Notes: generated by a model not told the origin, from the letters alone. Counted from the first letter of the stretch, positions 1-9,708 are shown. The stretch is 64,000 nucleotides of DNA from an uncultured Gammaproteobacteria bacterium (GCA_964418775.1 CAYQNA010000001.1:446-64445); one strand, 5' to 3'. Made by a program: numbers and translations.

Positions 1-2276
1 AGATTTTGAAGATTTACTTTAATGAAATTCCGTACGGTTCGACCAATTACGGTGTACAGGCCGCGGCCCAAAGTTATTTTGGTAAATCAGTGTCTGATTT
101 AAATTTATCTGAATCAGCCACACTCGCGGGTTTGCCGCAGCAGCCATCTGTATTTTTAAATAATCCTGAAGCACTGCGCAATCGCCGTAACTTAGTGTTG
201 CAGCGTATGGTGGACGAAGGCTATCTGAAAGCTGACGAAGCGGAAAAAGCCAAGGCCGAACCGGTTACACTCAAGCGTCAGGTGAACAGCATTCAGGCAC
301 CGCACTTTGTATTGTATGTAAAGGAACAATTAGTAAAACAATACGGCGAGAGCATGGTGGAAAAAGGTGGACTCAAGGTAATTACCACACTTGATTGGGA
401 TAAGCAAAAGGCGGCTGAAAAAGCGGTGAGCAGCACGGGCAAAATTTTTGCCGAAGCCAACGCAAATAACGCTGCGCTCGTCTCGCTCGACCCACGCAAC
501 GGCCAAATGCTTGCAATGATTGGTTCGCGTGATTTTTTTGATGAGTCAATTAGTGGGCAATTCAATGTGGCCACACTTGGTCGACGCCAACCAGGTTCGT
601 CAATTAAACCAATTGTATACGCGGCCGCATTTGAGCGAGGACTAACACCAAGCACCATGATGTATGATGTGGTTACGCCATTTCCAGGCGGTGCACAGGC
701 ATACACGCCACGCAACTACGACCTAAGTGAACGCGGGCCCGTGACACTACGCCAAGCCCTGCAGGGTTCGCTTAATATTCCGGCCGTAAAAACCATGTAC
801 ATTGTGGGGCTTAAGCAAACACTTGAATTTGCTAGTCGCATGGGCTACACCACGTTCAATAGTGGACTTGGGCTGTCACTTGTACTTGGCGGTGGTGAGG
901 TCAGTATGATCGAGCACACCAATGCCTTTGCTACGTTTGCAAATAATGGCAAGCGTCTGCCAGTCTCCACAATTTTGCGTGTCGAGGGTCCAAACAAAGA
1001 CATGATTTTTGAATGGAAACAACCGGAGGGTGAGCAGGTGATTGATTCCAAGCTTGCGGCTACCATGGCGAACGTACTTAGTGATGACCCGAGTCGTCAG
1101 TATGTGTTTGGGGCCAACAGTAACTTAACATTACCAGGTCGACCAGTGGCTGCTAAAACCGGTACAACAAACAATTACGTGGATGCGTGGACAATCGGCT
1201 ATACACCAAGTATTGTGACAGTCGTATGGGCGGGTAATACCGATAATAAGCCAATGAAATCAGGGTATGGTGGCAACAAAGTCGCGGGTGAAATTTGGAA
1301 TCAGTACATGCGCGAGGCCCTCAAGAATACGCCAGTTGAGCAATTCCCGGCCATGACAGCACCAACTTCGACTAAGCCAATTTTAAACGGTAGCGCAGGG
1401 GGCAACGTAAAATTACTGGTGAACTCGGTGACCGGCCGTTTGGCGAACAGCTCCACACCGCCTGAGTACATTCAGGAAAAGACGTTTATCATTCCACACG
1501 ATATCCTGCACTACATCGATGTAAATAACCCAGCTGGTCCAGTGCCAGAACATCCAGAAAGTAACCCGGCCTACGGAATTTGGGAAAAGGCTGTGCAAGA
1601 CTGGATCGTGCGTAACAAGGCCAAAAATCCAGACTGGAATCCAGAGTTTGTCGAGCCGCCAACTGAGTATGATGACGCGTATTCACTGGAGCTCATGCCA
1701 AAACTCGAAGTGCGCAGCCCACAACCAGATTCAGTTTTAACAAGCCGTCAAATTAATACCGACATCGTGGTGAGCGCAGTGCGTGGTGTTACGCGCGTGA
1801 GTTACCAAATTGATGGTGCCTATGTTGGCGTGGTTAGCGAACATCCATTCAATTTGTCATACGAAGCCGCTACGCTTACACCAGGTAAGCACATGCTTAC
1901 AATTACTGTCGAGGACGACGTGGGCAACAAATTGCGCCGGGAAGTTCCGTTTACACTGAATGTTTCGGCTGCGCAACCAGGTGTGCAGTTTACGCGCAAT
2001 CCAGCCACGTTGGGAACCAATCAATTCCCACTTGGTTTGTTTTTGTCACCGCATCGTTTGGAAGAAATCACCGCGGTCAAAGTTAACGCCATTTCGGCCA
2101 ACCGTACCCAGACAATTGTGATTGGTAATGCGAGCTTAAATAATTTGCAAAATGGCGAATTGTTTGTTAGTTGGGCAAATGCACCAACCCCCGGTCTCTG
2201 GTCTGTGGTGGCCGAGGTCACACTCAAAAACGGCACGGTGTATGACAGTGATCAGTTTACACTACTCGTGAACTAG
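1..2276 (+). CDS. Penicillin-binding protein 1A-type bifunctional transglycosylase/transpeptidase, 5'-truncated by the window edge, with a C-terminal Ig-like extension
   Basis: The glycosyltransferase-domain tail and the transpeptidase motifs SxxK (GSSIKP), SxN and KTGT are visible. The frame is open from base 3 with no start codon in the window. Confidence 0.8.
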   Translation, partial: ILKIYFNEIPYGSTNYGVQAAAQSYFGKSVSDLNLSESATLAGLPQQPSVFLNNPEALRNRRNLVLQRMVDEGYLKADEAEKAKAEPVTLKRQVNSIQAPHFVLYVKEQLVKQYGESMVEKGGLKVITTLDWDKQKAAEKAVSSTGKIFAEANANNAALVSLDPRNGQMLAMIGSRDFFDESISGQFNVATLGRRQPGSSIKPIVYAAAFERGLTPSTMMYDVVTPFPGGAQAYTPRNYDLSERGPVTLRQALQGSLNIPAVKTMYIVGLKQTLEFASRMGYTTFNSGLGLSLVLGGGEVSMIEHTNAFATFANNGKRLPVSTILRVEGPNKDMIFEWKQPEGEQVIDSKLAATMANVLSDDPSRQYVFGANSNLTLPGRPVAAKTGTTNNYVDAWTIGYTPSIVTVVWAGNTDNKPMKSGYGGNKVAGEIWNQYMREALKNTPVEQFPAMTAPTSTKPILNGSAGGNVKLLVNSVTGRLANSSTPPEYIQEKTFIIPHDILHYIDVNNPAGPVPEHPESNPAYGIWEKAVQDWIVRNKAKNPDWNPEFVEPPTEYDDAYSLELMPKLEVRSPQPDSVLTSRQINTDIVVSAVRGVTRVSYQIDGAYVGVVSEHPFNLSYEAATLTPGKHMLTITVEDDVGNKLRREVPFTLNVSAAQPGVQFTRNPATLGTNQFPLGLFLSPHRLEEITAVKVNAISANRTQTIVIGNASLNNLQNGELFVSWANAPTPGLWSVVAEVTLKNGTVYDSDQFTLLVN

Positions 2277-2727
2277 GGCGCTGAAACAAGATCCAAAGAA
2301 TGCCAAGAACAATGGCAATATCAGCCAGATTAATAACCGAGTAAAGGATACGGAAATAATCAACCGTGATACCAAGATGATAACGATCCAAAAAATTGGA
2401 CAGTGCGCCCGCCAATACCAAGGCAGCCGCGGCCCAATTTTTTTTGTCTGATTGGCGGACCCACCACCAACCGATCATAAACATAATTACTGGTGTGGCA
2501 GCGATGACAACAAGATTGGGGATGGGTAAGCTGAACGCAATGCCAGGGTTAGGAAAATATTCCCAGCCAAGCCAGGGTTTAATTAGGTAGTAGCGTGCTT
2601 GTTGGTGGGCGAGAGCAATTGCTTTGATGCCCTGGTCAACAACAAAAACGCCTATACCAAGTAGGATAGGCAAGATTTTGCGCAGCATAAGCCGATTTAG
2701 ACCTCGTCTGTAAGAGTTTTTTTGCAA
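2257..2727 (-). CDS. lspA: Lipoprotein signal peptidase II
   Basis: Four-TM protein with the conserved LspA motifs (NxxDR 'SNFLDRY', 'VINLADIAIV'). The start may instead be the internal Met at 2688. Confidence 0.7.
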   Translation of the reverse strand: MQKNSYRRGLNRLMLRKILPILLGIGVFVVDQGIKAIALAHQQARYYLIKPWLGWEYFPNPGIAFSLPIPNLVVIAATPVIMFMIGWWWVRQSDKKNWAAAALVLAGALSNFLDRYHLGITVDYFRILYSVINLADIAIVLGILWILFQRPSSRVV

Positions 2728-3077
2728 TCAACGCACGAGCTGGAGGTTGGGCGAGCAAGGAGGCGTTTTTCGGCAATTGGTTTGTCACAGTATTTGCAGA
2801 TGCCGTATGTGCCTTCGGCAACACGCTTAAGGGCAGCCTTAACGTCACGCAGTGACTTTTCGAGGGTCATTTCGACTGGCTTGTTGGACAAAAAGTCCGT
2901 TACTTCCTGGGCATTGTCCTCTAGGTTGTCGCCGTATTCTGGGAACGAGGTATCTTTGCCGCCACTGTGGTCAGTAAATTGGCCTAGTTCGGCTGTGAGT
3001 TTGCGTTGTTCTTCCTCAAGAGCAGTCTTAACCTGAGCTAAAAAGTCAGCAGAAAAGGCTGATTTTTTCGTAGCCAT
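2697..3077 (-). CDS. DksA/TraR-family C4 zinc-finger protein
   Basis: C-terminal CxxC-x17-CxxC (CKYCDKP...CVDCK) after a coiled-coil N-terminal region. Confidence 0.6.
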   Translation of the reverse strand: MATKKSAFSADFLAQVKTALEEEQRKLTAELGQFTDHSGGKDTSFPEYGDNLEDNAQEVTDFLSNKPVEMTLEKSLRDVKAALKRVAEGTYGICKYCDKPIAEKRLLARPTSSSCVDCKKTLTDEV

Positions 3078-3864
3078 ACAATAATGTCAGTTCATGAGTA
3101 ACGATCCCAGTATAAATGAGATCCTACATTTTGGCAATAAGCCGAATTTTGGATAAAAAAAGGGCGACATCGATGCCCATGGGAATATGTGGCAGAGTCG
3201 CCCATAAGTCCCAAGGGTAGTGATTCACGATTTCTCGTTGAACGACCAACGGCCTTTAGGACCTTTTTTGCTTCCTCTCACACCGCCAAGAGGTGGAAAC
3301 TCCCGCTACCCTCTAGCAAGCTAGACAGAGTAACATAATGGGAGACACCGTAGACTCAACTGCTTCTGTTTTGGCTTTTTGTTTTTTGTTTCAACTCACA
3401 AGTAGTTGAGCCAAGAAGGCAGAGTGGGGAGAGCACAAACTGCGACCTTCAACAGAGTTGAGGGAGCTTGTGCGTTGCGAAAGAGCTACTTCTACTGACT
3501 ACTATTTTTCTCTAACAAAAATAGTATACCATATTGTATACAAATTGTCAAGTGGGGGTGATGTGGTGCGTAAAAAAGGCTTGTATTAAGCAAAATTTGG
3601 TGTTTTTTGGTCATATTTTAGTGTTTGTATATATTAGTGTATACTTTTGATACTGGGGTGGGGGGTTGGGTTATCCCCAATTATGAATAGTTTTCCCCAG
3701 AGTTATCCACATCTACGTTCTTTGAACACAAAATTTATGTATTTTTGGGCAAAATTTGCAGGGAAATAATCCACAAGAACAATTGTTCTACTGTTGGTAA
3801 GTGGAATTTTGACAGGTTTTTTGGGTGGTGGAATAATGGATTCATAAATCTTAAGGAGGGAACT

Positions 3865-6261
3865 ATGCTTCAGACTTTTTGGTCCTGGCGTTGCCAGGTA
3901 ACCGTTATTTTAGTCGGCCAGATTCTGGTAGGTTGGTTGTTGGTGGGGTTGGTGCCGGTTAGGGCAATGGGGGGCGTGGTTATTTCTGGTCTGCAGGTTT
4001 CGGGTGGATCAGGGCATACTAACGAGGAGTATATTGAGTTTTATAATAGCAGCAGCGACCCGGTGGATATTGGCGGCTGGCGGTTAGCTAAGCTGACCAA
4101 GACGGGGACACCGGGTAGTTGGACATACTTGGGGCCAGCGCTTGGAGCGCAAACAGTTTTGCCTGGGTATACATTTGCACTTGCTGTGCATGTAGATGGT
4201 GTCGCGCTCTTTGGTGGAGATTGGCAGTATGCCTCGTCCACTTTGGCCGAGGACAATAGTGTGGCACTCGTTAACGCGGCGGGCGCAGTTGTGGATTTGG
4301 TTGGGTGGGGTCAGGCAATTAATTTTACCGGGCAGCCGTTGCCTACGGCGGGGACAGGTCGGTGGGCACGAGTGTTGTTGATCGACAAATCTTTGGGGGA
4401 TTTTGCGAAGACAACAGAAGCCACTAGGCAGGGGTTGGCCGCTAATTTTTTGCCGCTACCCACAGCGCCGACAAGCACCACTGAAGTTGCGACATCAACA
4501 CCGGTAGTGTCCTCAACTCCAGAAGTTGTGGTCACTAGTACGCCCGTGGTAGAGGAGGAGCCTGTGCTCGGGGTGGTGCTCAGTGAAGTGTATCCGCAGC
4601 CTAACACTGGCGAAGTTGAATTTGTTGAATTGTATAATCCAAATGATAATACCGTTGATTTGGCGGGCTGGTACTTGGTCGAGGGCGGGGGGAGTCAGAC
4701 TGTGGTTACGGGGACAATTGCGGCACAATCATTTTTGAAAATTGCACCAATTAAAGGAAGCTTGAATAATACGGGTGACGAAGTGCAATTGTGGCATGGT
4801 GACAACAAGGTTGATGGGGTCGCATACGGTGAGTGGGATGGTTCAGTGTTAAGCCCAACCAAAGGGCAAAGTGTAGTGCGGGAAAATTTGGAAATAATTG
4901 GGGAGTGGAAGCTGGGTAATCCAACTCCGGGCGCGGTTAATAGTGTGATTCTGGAAACTTTAGAAACAGAAGAGGAAAACGATGATAGTGAAGGTGGTGC
5001 CGTGGTTAAAAATGTCACGGGTAAATTAAAGATCAATGAGATTTTTCCCGACACAGTGGGTGCTGATGTAGGAGAATTTGTGGAAATTATCAATCCAACA
5101 ACCGTAGAGGTAGCAATGTCGCAGTGGCGTTTGGAAGTGGGCGAGCAAGAATATGTTTTGCCAGACCAGGTCGTGTTACCAGGCGCAATTGTTGTGTTCT
5201 ACCGTGAAAAAAGTAAGCTCGTGTTGCCAAATTTTAAAAAAGAAAAAGTCAGGCTCGTGCGTAACGACGGTAGTTTGTCGGACAGTGTCGGGTACACAGT
5301 ACCAACTGTGTCGGGTGCGGCGTGGGTGAATGTGGTGGGTCGCGGGTGGGGCTGGAGTCAAAGTAGTACGCCGGGCCTGCCAAATGTGTGGAAGCAATTG
5401 AACCGTGCGCCATATGCGGAAATTACGGCTCCGGTCGAAGTCTTGCCTGGTGAGGTTGTGAATTTTGGTAGTGATAATGTGTATGACCCGGACCAAGATG
5501 TGCTCGCGTATCACTGGGACTTGGGTGATGGCCAGGAAAGTACGAGCACAGGAATTAGTACGGTCTATAACAAGCCAGGCAAGTATTCGGTTGTGTTAAA
5601 GGTTGTTGATCCGTATGGCTTAAAAGACGAAGTAAAGTGGGCACTTAAAGTCACGGCTCCAGTGGTGGAAAATGAAAAACCAACGTCTACTGTTGTGGCT
5701 ACAAAGCCAAAAACTACGGCAAGTGCAGCGCCAAAGACAACCAAGAAAGCGACGACAACTACAAAAACCGCGACTACCAAAGCAAACACAGCGAGCAGTA
5801 CAGCAAAAGCAAGTGTGGTTGCGCCAAAAGGTCCGGCATTACCAGTAGCCGCACGCTTGCTCGCGGAAAATGACGGTAAGCTGGTGAGTATTAAAGGTGA
5901 GTTAACAAGTGGTGGTGGCAAATATTGGCGATTAGACGATGGGACAGCCGAAGTGGCCGTGATTTTACCAGCCACCAAGTTGCCCGCAGGTTTAGGCTGG
6001 AAAAAAGGAACAACGTGGCAGGTGAGTGGGGTGGTGAAAAAATACAAAGAAGATTGGGCTGTGGCGCCGATTGATTGGAAAGATTTGAAGGTGGTAGGCA
6101 AGGAAATCGCGAATGCAAAAGCGGTATCAGGAATGCCAGTTGATAGTGAGGCAGTGAAAAAATTATGGTGGTTGCTGCCGGGTGTGATTGCGGTTGCGGT
6201 GGTGATTGTGTTTGCTAAGCGACGCAAGACACCTGACTTAGTGCCAGTGCGCGTGGTATAA
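3865..6261 (+). CDS. Large surface protein with three lamin-tail-domain (LTD) repeats, a PKD domain, a Thr/Lys-rich linker and a C-terminal TM anchor
   Basis: N-terminal signal/TM segment, three LTD-like repeats (…EVEFVELYNP…), a PKD motif (…WDLGDGQESTS…KPGKYSVVLKVVD), a low-complexity T/K/A linker and a C-terminal hydrophobic segment followed by KRRK. Strong SD (AAGGAGGG) 6 nt before the ATG at 3865. The ORF-track start at 3745 is probably an upstream extension. Confidence 0.6.
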   Translation: MLQTFWSWRCQVTVILVGQILVGWLLVGLVPVRAMGGVVISGLQVSGGSGHTNEEYIEFYNSSSDPVDIGGWRLAKLTKTGTPGSWTYLGPALGAQTVLPGYTFALAVHVDGVALFGGDWQYASSTLAEDNSVALVNAAGAVVDLVGWGQAINFTGQPLPTAGTGRWARVLLIDKSLGDFAKTTEATRQGLAANFLPLPTAPTSTTEVATSTPVVSSTPEVVVTSTPVVEEEPVLGVVLSEVYPQPNTGEVEFVELYNPNDNTVDLAGWYLVEGGGSQTVVTGTIAAQSFLKIAPIKGSLNNTGDEVQLWHGDNKVDGVAYGEWDGSVLSPTKGQSVVRENLEIIGEWKLGNPTPGAVNSVILETLETEEENDDSEGGAVVKNVTGKLKINEIFPDTVGADVGEFVEIINPTTVEVAMSQWRLEVGEQEYVLPDQVVLPGAIVVFYREKSKLVLPNFKKEKVRLVRNDGSLSDSVGYTVPTVSGAAWVNVVGRGWGWSQSSTPGLPNVWKQLNRAPYAEITAPVEVLPGEVVNFGSDNVYDPDQDVLAYHWDLGDGQESTSTGISTVYNKPGKYSVVLKVVDPYGLKDEVKWALKVTAPVVENEKPTSTVVATKPKTTASAAPKTTKKATTTTKTATTKANTASSTAKASVVAPKGPALPVAARLLAENDGKLVSIKGELTSGGGKYWRLDDGTAEVAVILPATKLPAGLGWKKGTTWQVSGVVKKYKEDWAVAPIDWKDLKVVGKEIANAKAVSGMPVDSEAVKKLWWLLPGVIAVAVVIVFAKRRKTPDLVPVRVV

Positions 6262-6270
6262 TGTGGCCGT

Positions 6271-7959
6271 ATGGCCGAAACTTTTTCGCATTTGAGCGCA
6301 GTGCTTGGGTTGACCGTTGGTCTGGCATTTTTGTTGCGCAAATTAAAACAGCCATTGGTTGTTGCGTATATTGCAGGTGGTGTGATTGCCGGGCCGCTTG
6401 TCTTGAATATTGTGAATAGTGAAGACGCGTTTTTTGAAACCTTGGCACACTTTGGTATTGTGTTGCTGCTTTTCGTGATTGGTTTGAATTTTAGTTTTGC
6501 GTATTTGCAAAGATTGGGCAAGAATTTATTAATTGGCGGGGTCGCGCAATTTTTGTTGACTGTGGCCGCGGGGCTAGTCGTACTGAAAATGTTTGGGTTT
6601 GGTTGGCAGTCCGCTGTGTTTGTGGGGACCGCACTAGCGTTCTCGAGCACAATTATTGTGGTGAAGCTGTTAACGGAAAAGCGCGAGACCGAAACTTCGT
6701 ATGGGCAATTTGTAATTGGGGTGCTGGTTGTGCAAGATGTACTTGCCGTGATTTTGCTAATTGTCTTGAATGCGCTCGGGCTTAGCGGTTCGTGGCAAAG
6801 CGTGGCGTTGCAAGTGTTGGGAAAGAGCTTGGTACTTGGTGGGGTTTTGTATTTTGTGGCCAAACATTGGTTACCAGATTTGATTAATCGCGCGGCGCGC
6901 TCAGGAGAGTTGTTGTTTATTTTTACGTTAGCTTGGTGTTTTGGTGTCGCGAGTATTGTGGAGTGGGCAGGGTTTGGTGCCGAGCTTGGGGCAGTAATTG
7001 CTGGTATTACCTTGGGTTCATCACCATTTCAAGCGGAAATCAGTAGTAGACTGCGACCGCTGCGCGATTTCTTTATCGTCTTGTTCTTTTTGGTGCTTGG
7101 AAGCAGCCTACAATTACATGAAATCGCTAGTGTGTGGGTGATGGGGTTAGCGCTGGCCGTGTTTGTGCTTGTGATTGAGCCAATTATTTTGTATTGGATT
7201 ATGCGTCGTTTGGGTTACAAGCGGCGCAATGCATTCTTGGCCAGTGTGACGGCTGCGCAAGTGAGTGAGTTTGGGTTCATCTTAATGTACAAGGGAAAAG
7301 AACTTGGATATTTGCCAGGGCCAGAGTTGGGTCTCCTAACCATGGTGGCGCTGCTCACGATTATGATTTCGTCGTACTTAGTTACGTATAACGAACAATT
7401 GTGGACCTGGTTTAAGCCGTGGCTCGAGAAGTTTGGCAAGGAAAATGTGGAGGTGAAAAGTATTGAACCAAAAGAATACAACGTGTGGATTTTTGGGTAT
7501 CACCGCATGGGGTGGCGCATTGCCGAGGCGTTGCGTAGACACAAAATCCCGTTTGCAGTCGTGGATTTTAATCCGCAGGCCATGGAAAAATTGGCCGTGG
7601 CCAATGTGCCAGCGTATTTTGGTGATGCGTCTGATGTAGAATTTTTGAGTGATTTGCCGCTTGGCGATGCGGAATTAATTGTGTCGACATTGCCTGATGC
7701 CAGCGACCAGCTGGCGCTCGTGCACCACATTCGCCGTCAGAGCGAGGAGCCAATTATTATTTGTCATTTACAGCATGCGCGACATTTGGAGGATTTGTAC
7801 AATGCTGGCGCGGATTATGTGGTGCTTACGCATTTGCTTGGTGGGCAGTGGGTGGCTGACCGATTACCAAACACTTTGACACACCGCAATTTAGCCGCCC
7901 TGCGCCGCGAACAAGAACGCGAATTGCGTTTGCGTCACGCGTTGAATTTAGTGGATTGA
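6271..7959 (+). CDS. CPA2-family monovalent cation:proton antiporter (Kef-type) with a C-terminal RCK/TrkA-N domain
   Basis: Multi-TM KefB-like core followed by a Rossmann-like 'WIFGYHRMG' RCK domain. Confidence 0.7.
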   Translation: MAETFSHLSAVLGLTVGLAFLLRKLKQPLVVAYIAGGVIAGPLVLNIVNSEDAFFETLAHFGIVLLLFVIGLNFSFAYLQRLGKNLLIGGVAQFLLTVAAGLVVLKMFGFGWQSAVFVGTALAFSSTIIVVKLLTEKRETETSYGQFVIGVLVVQDVLAVILLIVLNALGLSGSWQSVALQVLGKSLVLGGVLYFVAKHWLPDLINRAARSGELLFIFTLAWCFGVASIVEWAGFGAELGAVIAGITLGSSPFQAEISSRLRPLRDFFIVLFFLVLGSSLQLHEIASVWVMGLALAVFVLVIEPIILYWIMRRLGYKRRNAFLASVTAAQVSEFGFILMYKGKELGYLPGPELGLLTMVALLTIMISSYLVTYNEQLWTWFKPWLEKFGKENVEVKSIEPKEYNVWIFGYHRMGWRIAEALRRHKIPFAVVDFNPQAMEKLAVANVPAYFGDASDVEFLSDLPLGDAELIVSTLPDASDQLALVHHIRRQSEEPIIICHLQHARHLEDLYNAGADYVVLTHLLGGQWVADRLPNTLTHRNLAALRREQERELRLRHALNLVD

Positions 7960-8019
7960 AATTGAAATCGTTGTAATTACAAATCTTATAATCATAAAGA
8001 TTTCCTGGTTTTTGCTTGA

Positions 8020-8180
8020 GCGGAACCAGAAAACCGCTGCCGTCGCTCGGACGGCGCCGACATGCGTTCGCGCCGAGCCCGCGGAGGGCTCAATTGCACA
8101 GGCCACAGCGCTTGTAGTACTTACCCCCCGTCAGGATGTCCCGCGCGTCCGCCGCCCTCCTGGATTTTGTTCGAATTTGT
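8020..8180 (+). other. GC-rich structured non-coding element (candidate ncRNA or processed leader) upstream of the tRNA cluster
   Basis: Local GC is far above the flanks. It holds several nested hairpins (CUGGUU…AACCAG; GCCGUC…GACGGC; GAGCCC…GGGCUC) and long-range GGAGGGC/GCCCUCC pairing. No convincing ORF. Confidence 0.25.
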
Positions 8181-8307
8181 TTCAGACCTCGTGCCTAGGC
8201 TAGGTGTAGCAAAAAATACGATTTTGTCAATGGTTTTGCAAAAATTTGGACCTCGAACAGAGCTGTTGACATAAAATAATTGAGCTGGTATACTTTTCTC
8301 ACTTTAC

Positions 8308-8380
8308 GGGCCGGTAGCTCATTTGGTAGAGCATCGCGTTTGCATCGCGAGGGTGGGGGGTTCGAATCCTCTCCGGTCCA
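8308..8380 (+). tRNA. tRNA-Ala (anticodon TGC)
   Basis: Cloverleaf with a G3:U70 identity pair, anticodon loop TTTGCAT and T-loop GGTTCGAATCC. CCA is not encoded. Confidence 0.8.
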
Positions 8381-8396
8381 CAACGGCAGTGCATAG

Positions 8397-8468
8397 GCCG
8401 TGGTAGCTCAGTGGTAGAGCAGAGGCCTGAAGAGCCTTGTGTCGCCAGTTCGATCCTGGCCCGCGGCA
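8397..8468 (+). tRNA. tRNA-Phe (anticodon GAA)
   Basis: Acceptor GCCGTGG/CCGCGGC, anticodon loop CTGAAGA, T-loop AGTTCGATCC. Confidence 0.8.
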
Positions 8469-8476
8469 CAATTTAG

Positions 8477-8550
8477 CGGGGTGTAGCTCAGTTGGCTAGA
8501 GCGACTGGTTTGGGACCAGTAGGTCGCACGTTCAAGTCGTGTCACCCCGA
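8477..8550 (+). tRNA. tRNA-Pro (anticodon TGG)
   Basis: C1:G72 acceptor (CGGGGTG/CACCCCG) typical of bacterial tRNA-Pro. Anticodon loop TTTGGGA. Confidence 0.75.
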
Positions 8551-8627
8551 CAATGTAATTAAAAAATCCCGAACAGGATTTTTTGTTTTATCTTAGTGTG
8601 GTACAATTTTGGTATACAATCTTTCTT

Positions 8628-9698
8628 ATGGAACAAAATCCCAGACCAAGCGATGTAAGAGATGCAGCCAAAATTCCGGAAGTTCTTCAACAGTATAAAG
8701 ACAATCCAGAACGTTTGTACGAAGTTCCTGACGATGATTTTTTTAAAAAAATTAGCGACGATCCAGCGGAGCTAGAACACTTCAAAGAGCAGTTTTTAAA
8801 AAAAATGAGCGAATATGCAAAGCGCGAAATGACTTGGTTTGCTTTGGGTTGGCAACTACCACCAGACAAAACCCCCTCAGAAATTGTCGATGTGGCCAAG
8901 GACCGGTTGGATCGGTTGATTCCAATTGTGTTGGACTTAATTAAAGCTGAAGAAAGTCAGTATCGTGACGCTCTTACGGGTGGATATTCGGCAGATGGAA
9001 TTAAACGTCGTTATTATATCGAACGTGACCGGGCAAAAATTAATCATAGCGAGGAAGATCCCAAAGAAACAGTTTTAATAGAATTTGACGTTGACTCGTT
9101 CAAAGGAATCAATGATACCCATGGTCACCACGCTGGAGACTTGATACTAAAGGCGGTGATTGAAAAATTAAGAGCCACATTACGAGCCACCGATGCGATT
9201 GGTCGTCGGAGTGGAGATGAATTTTCGGTTATTTTGAGTCAGGTAAGAAAAGAAGAGGTACAAACGGTATTGCAAAAAATGGTTGCGGCTGTACAAGAAA
9301 TTCTGAACCCAGCCGGGGAGCCAATCTCAGTTACTGGCGGTGCCAGGATTATCGAAGCAACTGAGGAAATTCATTTTGAAAAAGCGAGCGAAGAGGCCGA
9401 TACTGCCGGAGTACATCAAAAAATTGCGAACCCGGGCACAATCGCTTTGTCTTCTACGGATTATTCTTTAGATTTAGACACGGCCGAAAAAAGAGTCGAC
9501 TGGGCTACCAAAGTCGCCAAACGAAAACTCAAACGGTTAATTGATCCGTTTTACGCTCAACTTAGTAAGCCAGATATATTACCCGAGAACAAAAAAAATG
9601 TTGAGCAACAAGTAGATTTGTATGAAACTCACGTACTACCCACTATGGTGCAAATTGAGCTTTTGCAAATCGAGAATGAATACGGCAAGTTATTGTAA
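8628..9698 (+). CDS. GGDEF-domain protein (diguanylate-cyclase family) with a degenerate SGDEF motif
   Basis: Central region …FDVDSFKGINDTHGHHAGDLILK…RRSGDEFSVIL… matches the GGDEF domain, with the signature reading S-G-D-E-F. Flanked by uncharacterised N- and C-terminal regions. The ATG at 8628 is preferred over the TTG at 8583. Confidence 0.65.
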   Translation: MEQNPRPSDVRDAAKIPEVLQQYKDNPERLYEVPDDDFFKKISDDPAELEHFKEQFLKKMSEYAKREMTWFALGWQLPPDKTPSEIVDVAKDRLDRLIPIVLDLIKAEESQYRDALTGGYSADGIKRRYYIERDRAKINHSEEDPKETVLIEFDVDSFKGINDTHGHHAGDLILKAVIEKLRATLRATDAIGRRSGDEFSVILSQVRKEEVQTVLQKMVAAVQEILNPAGEPISVTGGARIIEATEEIHFEKASEEADTAGVHQKIANPGTIALSSTDYSLDLDTAEKRVDWATKVAKRKLKRLIDPFYAQLSKPDILPENKKNVEQQVDLYETHVLPTMVQIELLQIENEYGKLL

Positions 9699-9708
9699 TA
9701 TCTACGGG

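Noticed and set aside
3100-3740. Search for RNase P RNA, tmRNA or SRP RNA in the long intergenic region
   Set aside because: No GGAAAGUCCGGGCUCC / ACAGAACCCGGCUUA (RNase P), no tRNA-like GGUUCGA…CCA end or tag ORF (tmRNA), and no GGAAGCAGCC-type domain IV (SRP) on either strand.
5565-6863. 432-aa minus-strand ORF antisense to the LTD surface-protein gene and the antiporter start
   Set aside because: Low-complexity T/K/A-rich translation mirrors the sense-strand stalk region, has no RBS, and overlaps two well-supported sense genes. Judged an antisense artefact.
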